Assembly (NCBI GenBank): GCA_030141605.1
Contig: JAQGDQ010000021.1
Coordinates: 1 to 64,000, forward strand
Direction of reading: 5' to 3'
Source: Tubiluchus corallicola
Taxonomy: Eukaryota; Animalia; Priapulida
DNA: 64,000 nt
A model generated the notes under the pieces. The model did not search any database. It saw only the letters and a list, made by a program, of their open reading frames with translations, and was not told the origin of the DNA. Positions 13,101 to 27,700 of the stretch are shown here, in pieces. A program made the position numbers and the translations under genes. Positions within the stretch are counted from its first letter, which is position 1, and each line of letters starts with the position of its first letter.

Positions 13101-16100
13101 ATATATTACATTATCTTATATACTTACACTATTAACCAAACAGTAAGCGTGATTTGTGGGGTAATTTATGCAATTATAATTATGGTTTTCTCAAATCCCA
13201 TGAAAAAATGTCTAAATTTCTAGCTGTTTTCTAAACTACACCACTTATAATTTTACGAAGCAGCACGCTTCAACTTAACACAGCAATATTAAGTTATTAC
13301 AAAAACTAATAATTACTGTACCCATATAATGCATTATGTACGTATCGTAGACCAATTTTTAAATTCTGTATGTCAAAAACTAGCTACCAATTTAATTCTA
13401 CGTCAATGTCAGTTTCATTTGCCTAATCATAATAGTTTTGTCCAGCTTCTAGGAATCAACACATTTATTGAGCGACGATCGTTTCGGCTAATAAAGTCAT
13501 TATCAAACTATAAATCAAGCCAAAAAGAATAAATAATAGAATAATAATACAAAGGCACAAACTGAAACTAGAAAACTACAGATTAGAATTCAAGTTATCA
13601 AAATAAACTAGATTGTAACGGAAGAAATTGCAAGAGAAATGAACAAAATTTTACCGAACACATTACCCAGAACCAAAAAAGAACACAACAGGCAAATAAT
13701 TAATACAAGTCTACATAATGAAGAGCGACAGCAGTAAGCATTATAAGAATAAAACACAACTTCTACATTTTGCACAATTTACAACAAGTGGGAACTACAA
13801 TAAGGGAGACCAGCAGCATGTCAATGTGAAAGTGACAAGAGACTAAATCCAGCAGGACATTGTTTATTATTATTTATTTATATATTATTTATTCTTCTTT
13901 TTAGCTTGATTTATAGTTCAAAAATGGCTTCAATAGTCGAAATGATCATTGCTCAATGAAAATCTAGATAATAGTTTTGGTATATCACAGCACATGCTTT
14001 TTCCATTGTTAACTTTTTCTGTCCAAAATCTCAAAATGCTCAAAGCTGACAAAGGGCCACCCTAAATATTCTTGAAAGGGACCATGAGAACATGGAAAAC
14101 AGCCAAGAAAAAGCTTACACGGAAAGTGCAAGGTTCAGCCAAAAAATGGCTTTTAGCCACCGAACTATTAAAGATGGATAGAAATTCATGGAATCATTTC
14201 ACAGTAAAACATACTGCGGAGTAATGAACTAGCTTATTTAAGAATCAACACTTTTACCAGCATCTGCTATGGCAAGTAACGTGTTGTAGCTTAAGTTGCT
14301 GTGATAAGAGAAAAAGAAATATGCATTGCCTAATCAGTAATCACTAACACTTATGATTGCACAGGTAACTTAGTGCAATCATTATCCAGTAGTTTATGAT
14401 TTATAAACTGAAATAAAGTCAAAATGCTGCTCCAAAGCCGATTTAAAAATTAGCGTAATGCATGCATTTGAAAATGTATGCACCTGGCTCGTCTCCCAAA
14501 ATTCCAACATTTCCAACACGCACTAATTTTATGGTTTACAGTGTTTACAAGTAACAAAATCAGACTGCCCAAATTACCACACTGTAGTCCATCTGTAAAA
14601 GGTCATATTTTCCAGGAACTTTGACAAATGCATTCCTCATGTTCCAGTCATTTTTGGTTTTGTCTTTAAATCTACAAAAATAAGGTTTGCATTAGCAAAG
14701 ACCTTTTTCTCTTTTTTTGAACTTCTCGTCAATCATTTACATAGCAAAAAATCTCTGTTTTGTTATTTTTGTCGCATGAAATAGTAAATTTACGGATAAC
14801 ACCTTGTATATATATATATACCGAGCTCGGAGCAGCAGAATTTATTCATACACCGTCAGTTAAAATATTTTTGCTATAGTTGGTAGAACAAACTTGTATT
14901 ATGTAAACTAGATCACTTCTCCACCACAAAAAGCTAACCAGTAATTATTGCTTTGTTTGTACTCTGAACTTTTGTATGTCTGAATGCGAATAAAAATTAA
15001 TATAAAAAATAATTACGTTCTAAATGTTTACTTATTCAATAGTCACAATTTATTGCAATATGAAAGATAAAGATCGAAATAAAAGAGAAAAAGGGAGTTT
15101 CAAATTAAAAATAAAATGTAATAAATAATACAGAAAAATTCTTAAAGAACATATTAGACGCTATAATCATTTACAGCTACACATGAAAAAAGTCGAATGT
15201 TTGAGTAAGCAAAAATCAAAAGTCCACAAATTTTTGAAAAATAACAAACTTTCAAAAAATATTACTTTACATTATGTATTAACTGAGCTCTTAATTTCAT
15301 TTAAATTACTGACTAACGAGAAGCCAAATTCTGCCTCAAAAATTAAGAAAACTCAGTTATCTTATGAGTAAAAATTCTGACTTTTGCTCCCACTGCTAAA
15401 ACAATCTTAAAAGCAACAACGAAATAAAAGAAGTGCAAAAAGATGATGTGTCATACTTATTCTTGAAGACAGATTTAGCTTTTTCCATGTCTGGACCACA
15501 TGGGATGAGGCTGTTCTGTCCTTTTTTACCAACCCGACCCCATCGAAACCAAACATTATATGATTTTGAATTGTCGTCCTCCAGCAATTGCAGAATATAA
15601 TATTTATTGTTATTCCATTGCAAATTCGTCTGCAAAAGTAAAATGGCCAGTTGAAGAAGTCAATGTCCATCAGACAATAATCACCAAGGATAGGCAAATT
15701 ATTCATCAACAATTAATCAACAATTACAGGCAAATGCAGAAATAAATTTTTGCCTACTCCTCTTTAGTTCTCCATTCATAATAAAAGAAATAATTAATGC
15801 CCGAGTAACTTCTGACACCTTTTATTATCAAAATGTGGTTAAAGTTTATTCTGAAAACAAGAAATCTTTCCACCTTATTAGATTTTCTGTTCAATGCCAG
15901 AAGTTACTTACATACAGAACTGTAATGAGTTGTTCTGTATTTCTTCAGAGCTACTTCTACAAGGAATATTTTCTAACATTGATTAGCTATGATGTCACGC
16001 TTAGGAACTAGTCCAGTCCCACTAAACTAGAAAAGAGGTAGCTGTCTAAAAATCTGATTTGCTTAAACTTGAAAAAGTATCACGTAAAATATAAAAAAAT

Positions 16101-19100
16101 TAAAACACCAACCTGATTCAGCATAGCATCATAAATGTCATTGTTCTCATAATAAACGTGAGCCTTTCCCAGCTTTTCAACACATTCTGGATCAACTGGA
16201 GCTTTCCCAGACACTATCACAGTCCTAACTGCAACAAAGAGAAAACGACATTTAGTAACCACTAGTTCAATGCTTCCTTCCATTCCCATTTTCTCCCATA
16301 ATTAACAAACTGAACTTGTGAAAAAATGCATCCTCGCGATTTCCACTACACTTTAAACCTGTTAATCTGATTCAAAATATACCTAGTAGTTACAGGCTGA
16401 AAATGTAGTGGGATAAGTTTCGTTTCATAATAGTTGTGGATATCGGTTGCACTTTCAAACTAGACTAAACAGATATGGTACAGATTCAATAGGTAATCGA
16501 GTATAATTATTTTTTCAGTTATGTTATGAAGAAGTAGGTGCACATGAAAACCATGTGTTCATGCTGATACGAACCTTCCCATTTGAATAGGCGCGAAATG
16601 CTAAGTTACTATACAAAGGGAGCACCACATCACTTGGTTTTACCTCAATGACATTGCCGCTTGGATGAGAGGGTTTCTCAAAAGCACGAACAGTGGTTTT
16701 CATGTACTCTTATTTTGACAGCTATATTTGTCGCAAGATTTTTGTGGATTTACTGAAAACAAGGTGAAAATGCTGCTGGCAATGTAATCAACTTGCGCTG
16801 GTCAACTGAAAAAATAATCAGTGATCAGAAATAAAGGCCCAAATTGATAAAACTTTGAAAAAATAGGATATTATAAAAATAATTATGACGGAGTCACTGC
16901 AGATGAACAAACATCTAGAAGTAGTATAAAAACTCTTGCGATAAAATATGTATATTGCAGGCATTTTCAATTTGGGCTGCAACCGTTCAACACAGCTATA
17001 CAACCTGCAAAACTTAAGCCTTAGAAACCTAACATATGTTAAACTAATTTCTGTATTAGTAAGCGAAATACTTGATAATATACATTTCAGACGTGCATTT
17101 CATGCAGGCAAAAGCCAAAAATGCTTAGCAAAATACTCAGCAAGCAGAAAATAATATAGTAATTGGTCTATTACACTCTATTTGTTTTTCCCCATGTCAC
17201 ACAACACAGATCCTAACTTCAAAATCCTTTTTGGGGCCACTTTGTGCCAGCTACAACATACATTGCAGGGTTGATCATTTTCAATTGCAAATTAGTGTCC
17301 ATAATCACAATTCCTCAAAATTAAAGATCTTTGACATTATCACTTCGTTTGAAAACATAAACAAAAAATACATACTTACCATTAGCTTCTATATCTTCCT
17401 TGCTATCAACTGCTTTCTGTTTCTTCGACAATTTTTGCTTTTTTACTGAAACATCTTCATCTAAAATATACAGAATTTAAAAATAACAGTTTTTGTTTAG
17501 CAACTGAATTAAAGCAAATCACCTACATAAAAACTAAAATACTGAAAAGGCAACATCCACTAACATAGAAACTGGCACATATCAACAGCAATATTATAAA
17601 ACACACCGCTATCAGCAACTTGAGTTTCCTGTTTCTTTCGAGACTTTGCCTTCTTCACCGGAACCTCATCATCATCTAGGAAGCCAAAGAACAGAATCCA
17701 ACAACTGCTGATAATCTTTAATCCATATTCACAATACTTATGTGTAAACCAGAAGCAAAGCATTTCATCGATAACTGTACTCAACCAATTAAATCGAGTT
17801 TATTTTTCTCTGTAACATTTCAGGAATGAATACAAGTATAAAAATATATAAACATAAACAGAATAATAAATGTGTTAATAAAGTAAATATAAAGTCAACG
17901 AGGTAGGGTAGCAAATTGACAAAAAAGTCACAAAGTCAGTTACCCTTACTGACTAGCAATAGTGACAATAAAAACAATGGAACTGCATCCTTGTTGTTTG
18001 CTTTCTCTAATTTTAGTTTACATTATAGGCTAATTTAAATTACAATACCAAAAAATGAAACTGCTAAGACTGCTAACTGAGAAGTAATAACTCGAATAGG
18101 AAGAATGACAATATGACATTCTTATCATTATTTCAATATTATTTTTTACATTTCAACAGAGTGCCTCTCTGTAGTTGCTCATGATGGGTGATACCAGATT
18201 TTTAGATAACTGCAGCTACTGATTCATTTTAATCCAATAACAAATTACAAGGCAGATACCAATATTTGGCTAAATCAGAAACCAACCCGCGGGCCAAATC
18301 TGCACAGCAAAAACTTTTTTTCACTTAACTTCGACGTGATCGCATTTTCACAATGGGTTGTCCTGAAGTCAGGTTATTTTCCATGTACACACTAGTGTTT
18401 ATTCAAGTCGGTGCTTGATGATCACAATGATTTCGATATGATAAAGTAACAGCGTAGATGCTGCGTAAGCTTTTTTCCATTACCACGTTCAATGCCATCC
18501 TACTACCCTAGTGTTTTCCCCCAACTACCAAATACGAGATAACACATAATACGAGGTATGACGTCACAAATACTTGCTTCTTGAAAATTTTATGGTATCA
18601 TGCAAGTCACACCAGTGCATAAGCAAACACTTGCACAACTGCCAATGAAACTTTTAGGTGCAATGCCAAGCTTTTCCATGCGTGGTATAGTGTCATATGT
18701 AAACACCTACATGATTATTCATAGCACTGGCGAGTGCAACACCTTGAACGACTGTAATACCTTAGTCGTAGGTAATAATAACCATGTTAATACCCGACAA
18801 TGCACTGACAGCAAAAGCTTGTTTTCCGTACCACACAAACACATTTTACTTAGCAGCGAGTAAAAACAAGAAAACTGAGACTTATGCTGATTTTTTTATG
18901 CTTAACAGAATAAAGCAATTTACGTACCAGCCTCAGCATCGGCATCATTGTCATCGTTATAAGTCTTCTTTTTCTTCTTTGCACGTTCACTCTTCCTTAC
19001 TACAGCGCCGGCTGGAATGGGAGTTACAGGAGCTGGGGTTGATGCTGTGTGAGCAGGTGCACCTAATAAAGCATGCATATCTAACTAGTTTTCCAAAATG

Positions 19101-21660
19101 CAATTATTACAGTCATACAATGACATAAGTTTAATAAACATACTCACTGTCCATCTAAAAAGTAGCAGAAGTTAATTTCATTTGAACTGACTGACCATAA
19201 TTTATAAATAGAAGTTTTAGACAAACTTATAGACAATATAGTTAACAGTAAATTTTAAATTTAAATTTAAGAAGCATTCAAACAGTCAAGAAAAGAACAG
19301 ACAGTTGAATCAAATATGAAAACAATTCAACAAGCTCGGCTTTTCCAAGGTCTTGGAAAATATGTGGCACATTGTATAACTAAAATAACATACAATAAGA
19401 TGTACATCTAACAAATAAGTTCTGATTTTCTAAGCAAAAAAAAATCAAGAATTATTTTGATTTCTCAAAAACTGGCATAAAAATGATTAACATAATCATT
19501 CTAATTTATAGTGCAAGTTTTTACAGCTAGAGTAAAGAATGTATCAGCTTCCGCGCTCACAGATTTTAAAATGTCTAGGACCATACTAGATTTTACTCGT
19601 TGAACTTTGTATGTAGCTTCAGAATCACAATGCTGCATGCTTTTTACATCCACCGTGCATCCATTCCCCAAAACAACTGTGCTAGCATCGCCACCCCCGG
19701 CAAGCAAACACTGCTCCAGTTGAATGGAATCAGGAGCATCATAACAATTCCATTGCTTCCTCTCATCTTGCCATTGCCAGCTGTACAAATCTAAAAATCA
19801 AAAAAATTCAAAATTAACTCACTTAACGACAACAGTTTCATGATTCCTTTGTATCGGTGACTTAAATATGGCCCAAGAAAATATAAGCACTCTCTGTTCT
19901 GTTAAAATTACATTTGTACAATTACGTTCAAAGTTAGAAACTGCTTTCACCAGTCGCCATTTTATTTGCATTTCTGTTGAAGGGGAAGATCCACAAGATA
20001 AGCGCTACTCAAAGAGCATTAATGATCAGCATAAAACAGAACAGGTAATCTGTAACACTAGTAACTAAATTGAATTATTTTAGAGTGGTTTGGCTTTAGA
20101 TAAAACATACTGAGATAAACACACAGAATTTTGTACAAGCTATTCTGACTTTTCAGTAATGCTACAAATGTCCACAAATATAGGCCTATCCTTGTCACAT
20201 TTATAGCAGGATTCACAGTCGAGTGAATACATGTGCGATGAATGACTCATGGCTGCCTGCTTTCAATACTTACTCCGGGAAGTTTCATTTGCCGTACTGA
20301 TCATGACTATTAACCTCCTACAATATACATAGTCGAGATATCTCTACCGGTGATTCAATCACTTATACTTCAGAAACATTCTTGACAATGAGTCAGGATT
20401 CGGTGAAATAAACATTTGCTTTGGGAAGGTGTTTAAAATTCTCCCACATAATTTAAATTCCCTAATATTAACCCTAACACCAGCCCCAAGTCAACCCTAA
20501 CCCCAGCCCTAATCCTACTCCTCTTCACAAACTAATTTCTTGTGTGTGGGGAATTGTAAACTTCAGCCCTGGTTTGTATATAGCCTGGCATAGAATGGTG
20601 GATTTCAGCCTAAACTGTGCCAAAGTGTTTATAAAATACATGAAAGAGCCAGTCTCTAAAAATTAACATGTTGTTCATTAGTGCATAATAAACATATCAC
20701 AATTGTACTAATTATTTGTTTTGGCTTTATTTATAACATTGAAAACGACAGTTGCGTGAAACGATTGACTGCGCTAATGAACATGTTTATAAAAAAGTTA
20801 CATATAGAACCATGGTTCCATTTAACCATATTCTCATAATACTATACTTTTCTGCAACAAATTAGTGCTATAGAACACAGACTTACTAAGTGACTATAAG
20901 TCTATAAACACAAAAAACTCACCAACACAATAAATTATTGTAAACAGTTTCCTTTTCTATTCTATCTAATTTTACTTCTGAGCTACGTTTCAGCAAATAT
21001 GATAGAAGTCAGCATCTGGCGGAAATTTTGCAAAACTAGATAAAAAGATGACCAATGACTAAAAACAAGTCTAACTGCACTTTTGGTAATAATATGCTTC
21101 CAAAAAAATTATAAACCTTGTTAAGTATACATACAATGTTTATAGAAAAAATGTCACATTTTTGGCACTAAAATAAGATTAAAATGAAGACTTAAAGTCA
21201 AACTAAACCCTTACTATAATACAAAAGTTTCTACAGTGTAAAATACTACTCAGAATAAGAATATTCAGTTTAGTTTATTAGAAACTAGCTCTGCAGCCAG
21301 CAAACTAACTGATCTTCATGCAATGTTAAACAAAATTACCTCCGTCTTTGCTTTTTAGCACACACCGAATGCGCCTCTCCCAACCTGTGCCCTTGTGTTT
21401 TTGTACCATCTTTTCAAATTTCACCATAAATTTTGTTTTGTTTTCGGCTGTTAATGTCACCTGTTTCACAAAGTGAAGATCTAACAGTAAACATTATAAA
21501 CATTATGGCGAGTAGACTAATAGCTAAATTAATAATGGATTGGTATAAACAATTAAATAGAAAAATAAATCTTTTACTCTAACTGACAGTGTCTAAATGA
21601 ATGAGGCCCATGGGTCTGCAACTTTGTTTTAGATTTGCTACTGACAAATTAATGGAAAGT

Positions 21661-21719
<59 letters not shown>

Positions 21720-21739
21720 TGATGATGATGATGATGATG

Positions 21740-21791
<52 letters not shown>

Positions 21792-24700
21792 CAATAATGT
21801 TTAATAACAACAAAAAATGTTTATTCTAACATTATCTAACCTCTTTTTGTCCTTTTCCATATGCAACATTAAGAGCTTTTGATTGTTTACTTGAATAAGG
21901 TGTCCACTTGCTACCATCGTCTTCCCATTCCCAGTACAAGTTATGCGCATTATCAGCAGTTCCATTTGTTACTGTTGCACTATTATTCACCACATCTTCA
22001 AAAACAAAAACATGTCATTACATGAACAGTGCACCAAAAAGTAATGACGGAAAATTCTGGCAAAAATTGCTTGTAGGAATATGTTGATACATCCCTCCAT
22101 GCCAGAGACAGCTGAAGACAATATGGCACATAGTAGTAGCCGTATTTTAAGTGAGTTTTGTCCAAACAAAACTACAGTGTTCCCTCACTTCTCGCAGGCC
22201 CACCTGCGATAAGTGAATTTCCGCGAAGTAGAGCTGCTATGCTTATTTTAGTAGTTATACATTATTTTAAATCTTTATAAACACTTCCCACACTCTTATA
22301 CATAACCCTTTCCCATTCCCTTAATAACTTTTCCCATACTGTACATGTACCTTTTAAAAAACTTTACTTAAATGTTCATCAAAATGTTTTAAACTCTTAA
22401 GCCTAGATGAGTAGTACCGCAAAAACCCGCTAAACAGCGAAAATACAGCGATAAATATTTTACTTTAATATTTTTGAAAACCCGCGAAACAGCGAGTCCG
22501 CGATAAACGAACCGCGTAGTAGCGAGGGAACACTGTCCAACATTTGTAACAACACACATTCATGCTAAGTATGTACATAAATACATCACAACTATGTATA
22601 GAGGTCAGTTATCCAATGAAATGGTTTATCAATCTTTAAAAAGCTATTTCAGGCCATTAACAAAGATAAGAATAAATGGACTGTTAAGTTTAACAGCACA
22701 CAAAAAGGATAATATAATTATTTTATTCCCCTAAACCCTAGGCTGTATTAATAGTACTCAGCATCGGTACCTAGTAGGCTGACGTAGCTGTCTCACGACG
22801 AAGCATGCAATTAAGTAATTAAGAAGTCTGGCTGGGAAAAACTCTGTCAAATGACTTGTGTGGGAAAACAGTAACTTTTGTGACTCATAGATCGTGTGTT
22901 CAGGCTCTCAGGGTGTAATAACTGAATGCTTGTTATTAACATAACAGTGCAGTTAGTTGAAATGTACCAGTGGTTATTTTTATTAAAAACGTAAATGATT
23001 ACAAATTCTTCACTGCCGCTGAACCTTAACAATCTAGTACCTGACGGATATAAGGAAAAGGGTACCCAAGTCTGATTTTTTTCTACCTGTGTAAATACTA
23101 TGAATTACATTTTTTAAAAGCTTGAAGTGAATATTGTCAACCCAAGCTTGACCAGCTGCTTTGTCTGGCTTACTTGCCAAAAATAGCCTTAATGTTAACG
23201 TAACTTTGTTCGCATATTAGGTTTTTAGACAAACTATAATGATATATTACTCTTTGGTTTCAAAAAGTTCAGATGCAAAATTGTAAAATTATTTCATATT
23301 CACAATTTGTGCAGTGAAATGTTATTGACTTCATGTCTAAGGAGTAACACTAACAGTTCTCACAAGTGGGAAGCACAGAAAAAGGCAATTTTAAATTTGA
23401 AATAATGAGCACAAAGGGGCATGAGCAAGATCACACCCTACAAGTCTAGTGCTTTTTTAATGGTGGATACAAGTTATCTGAGTGCCAGTCCTTCTTTAGA
23501 AAACCTTTGAATTGCACAAAATCTTCGCTTAGATGCACAACCTTTGTTTTGGCTACCAAGTTCCTGGCCATACCTTTAAGCAATGCAAGAACAGGTGCAC
23601 TTGTACAATTTGTGATAAACGCCCTACGGTGCTCCATGGCGAGCTCCGTCAGGCTTCCAATGCCAAGAGTGATATCTTTAAGCGAAGTGAGATTCTTTGA
23701 GATGTAGCTATCCAAGTGTAAGAGACCTATTGTTAATTGTTGTAATTGGTATATTGAATGTGCCGTACAACATGAGGTATACAATGTGCATTGATCTAAT
23801 AATCTCAGGTTTGGTGCAATAGTCAAGGTAGCTCAAGATTAGTATGCGAAGTTAAGATGTACACATTAGTACAACTGTATGTTATTGTTATATGGGTTTT
23901 CACTTACTACCGAGGTGTTCCCGTCAAGGAGCCAAAGAGCATACATGTACTGAATAGTCATGTCAGGTTCATGTATGATACCTGTGATTGCATAAGTACG
24001 AGCAATAATATGCATAATTACTTTTGAAAGAGCACTATGGCATCAATTGTGCCAACATTCCCCTCTGTCATGATAGTTACACCCTACTTGTGACATAGGC
24101 ATTACTGCTTAACTGTTATCCCCTGCCCAATAAAGGCTTCCCTCTTGTAAGCCAGATGTAACATTACCACCTCTAGCTGACGAGTCACTTGCTATGAAAC
24201 TTCTTTAATGTTTTTCAATAAAATAGTTTATTTTGCCTAAATCTGTGCAGTTTTGGTGTTTCCTGTTAATGACTTTACACTTTATATTACACTAGCCAAA
24301 CCCCACAAAAAGAATTTTGTGCACAAATCAACACACAACCCACACCACACCACTCCACCTCATCACACCACACTGCACCACACCATACCACTCCACCTCA
24401 TCGCACCACACTGCACCACACAATACCACCACACCGCACCGCACCACACCGCACCACACCATACCACTCCACCACATCACACCACACTGCACCACACCAC
24501 TTCACCACCCACACTACACACCACACCACCCACACCATAATACTCCACCACATCACACCGCACACCACACTGCACCACACCACCCACCCACCTACACACC
24601 ACACCACCCACACCATACCACTCCACCACATCACACCGCACAACCCACACCACACCACCCACACCATAATACTCCACCACATCACACCGCACAGCACCAC

Positions 24701-27700
24701 ACCATAACACCACACTGCACCACACAATACCACCACACCGCACCACACACACCATACCACCTACACACCACACCATACCACTCCACCACATCACACCACA
24801 CTGCACCACACCACTTCACCACCCGCACACCACACCACCCACACCATAATACTCCACCACATCACACCGCACACCACACTGCACCACACCACCCACCCAC
24901 CTACACACCACACCACCCACACCATACCACTCCACCACATCACACTGCACAACCCACACACCACACCACACCACCCACACCATAATACTCCACCACATCA
25001 CACCGCACCATAACACCACACTGCACCACACAATACCACCACACCACACCACCCACACCATACCAGTCCACCACATCACACCACACCACACCATACCACT
25101 GCAGCACACCGCACCAGCCACACACCACACCACACCACCCACACCATGCGACTCCACCACATCACACCACACTGCACCACACCATACCACTCCACCATAT
25201 CACACCACACCACACCACCCACGCCATAATACTCCACCACATCACACCGCACTGCACCACACCACACTTCACCACAACACCCACCCACTCCATACCACAC
25301 TACCCACACCACACCCCACACACCCTATCACCCCACCACACCATCCATAGCACAACACACAAAGCACACCACCACCACACCACATCAAATCCACCACCTC
25401 ACGTGGTGATCATGATGATGATGATGGTGGCAACGATGATGACACCTATAGCACCAACAGCACAGCATTACAACAAAACCATTCCAAACATTTTTCACAA
25501 AGTTGAAACTATGTGCTTTAATATGATAAATAGCAAAGGCCCCGCAAAAGATTTTGCATAAAAAACCATATATAATCAATAACACGCGAACATCCTACCT
25601 AGTCCTCATTTATTACACAAAGCCCGTAACATCATGCCTACTGTTTGTTTAACTAACGCAAACCTGTAGCAGGCAGCTTTTTGCTGAATTAAAGCTATAA
25701 GATTATAGACCGAATACAATGGATGACGTCACAACAATGCCTTTGCGTCAGCAGTTTTCTAAGCGAAAATTGCCGAAAATGGAACCTCTAATTAACTCGT
25801 CGGTACTTCTCTCGGTGGACCTGCCCTCAAATATAGCCCACATCATCGTGTAGCCCTGTCCTTCCTCTTTGTAAAGAGCCCCATATCTCCTTCCTAGAGT
25901 CCCACCGGGCGACGCTAGAACGTTTTTTCCGCATGCTGTTTGGTCAAAATTTCGAAAAAATCGCGAGTTGGGTCCGGGAAAACGCCCGTTGCGGGACCCC
26001 GTGGAATTCTAAATATGCCTACTACACCCACCGCTGAACGGGCTATCTATCCATACCCAGCACCCCCCTCGACCCATTCCCGTTCTCTACATCTCAGCCG
26101 TATAACTTTTGCAAAAAACGCCCGAAAAAGGGCCATTTTTGGAGGTTTTTCGCCCCCCGTTCCTCCCGGTGGGCCCGATTCGAAAAATAAACCATCAATG
26201 AGACGACACTAGATCGAGACCTTTCGTTTGATATATAGATCGCCGCAAATGGTGCCCTCGTCAAAGCTGTAGCCTCGAATCTTATATATATATAAATAAA
26301 TATATATATATATATATATATATACCAAGAATATTAATATAAGAGATTTAAGGTTAACCCGAATATAATGTGAATTTAGTTTAAGTTGTAAAGAAATTTG
26401 ATCACCCATTTGTATTCGTGAGCCTGCAATAAACTAAGTCTATCTGGACCATGGTAATGCTTGGAATACCAAATGTTGTTGTTCGAATTTGTGTACTCAA
26501 TTTCCACAATTAAATTACAAGCATACAGTAACTGCTGGATTGGTGTGAACAGAAATTCATTTGCGAACAAGTTTAATCTCTGTTTGTGATTGTGTCATAT
26601 GAACATTAGTAAGTCTATGAACATAAATTATTGATTTGTCATTGCTTATAGTAAATTTAATCACGTGTGTAACATTTCCGCAAACACTGATATGGTTAGC
26701 TAGCAATTATTAGATAATTTCATATTATATTATATGATTATTGAATAATATAATGAACGATGAGCATTACTAGCCTCGCAGGTTTTGCTTGATATGTTCC
26801 CACCGAAGATGTAATTCGTCACGATTATAGTTTACTTCACATTGCACTGTTTAGCAACTTTAGCAACAATATAAATCTTAGTGTCATAGTAGCATTGAGT
26901 TCTGAGTAATTTGTAATGTAGTCAGACATTTTCCAGTTTGTGTTGAATTTACTAGTTTAGTAAATCTGCGCTTTGCCTTGTGCCCATGCTTACGTTCATA
27001 CAAGTTGTATTTATCTTAATGGATACAGAGTTTTGATTGCCTGTTGGTTTAATGTTGTTTGAGACAAAACACATGTTCTACTATGCAGCTATGTTGCCTC
27101 TTTACAATTAGGAGTTAAATTTAACCAGTTTGAACTTTGTTCTGACAAATTTTGTAGTTATGGCAATCACTGGTTGTACGTTAGTCACAGGCTGATGTAA
27201 ATAGCCCATACAGTCTGGTCAATTTAGGGGAGCCACGTAATTGCCTGACTGAATTTACCTTTATTGGATGGCACTGCCCTCTATTAATGATAGTCAGGCA
27301 TTGTTCTGTTGTCCAGTTTTTGCATTTTAGTGAACAATGGACGGCGTGCTGGCAGATGCTAGAATACGTGTTTACGAGATTGTTGTGAGAGTTATGAAGC
27401 TATTCTATGAGGTTGTCAAGTTAATTTACGTGTTTCATTAGCAGAAATAAATGTCTCTTGCCTTACATAGTCTTCGTTATTCATTACATCAATAAATATT
27501 TCAACGAATTAGACAGTACATTAGCAGCAACCCACTAATCAAGGCACTATACCATGGAATTTTTTATTAATTGCACTTATTCTTGTCACAAACAATTATT
27601 TCCTGATAGCTGTGATTCCACTAGATCAACTTCATGTGTAAACTAGGTTGAATTTGCGCTTATGCGACATTAAACTGTACAGGGCAGTGCTTCCCATTAA

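Noticed and set aside
21601-21804. Poly-Asn/Asp ORF
   Set aside because: Translation of an intronic (AAT)n(GAT)n microsatellite, antisense to PARP2.
24253-25321. His/Thr/Pro-rich and Val/Trp/Cys-rich ORFs up to 222 aa
   Set aside because: They are translations of the CAC minisatellite, open in several frames on both strands, with no splice or codon evidence.
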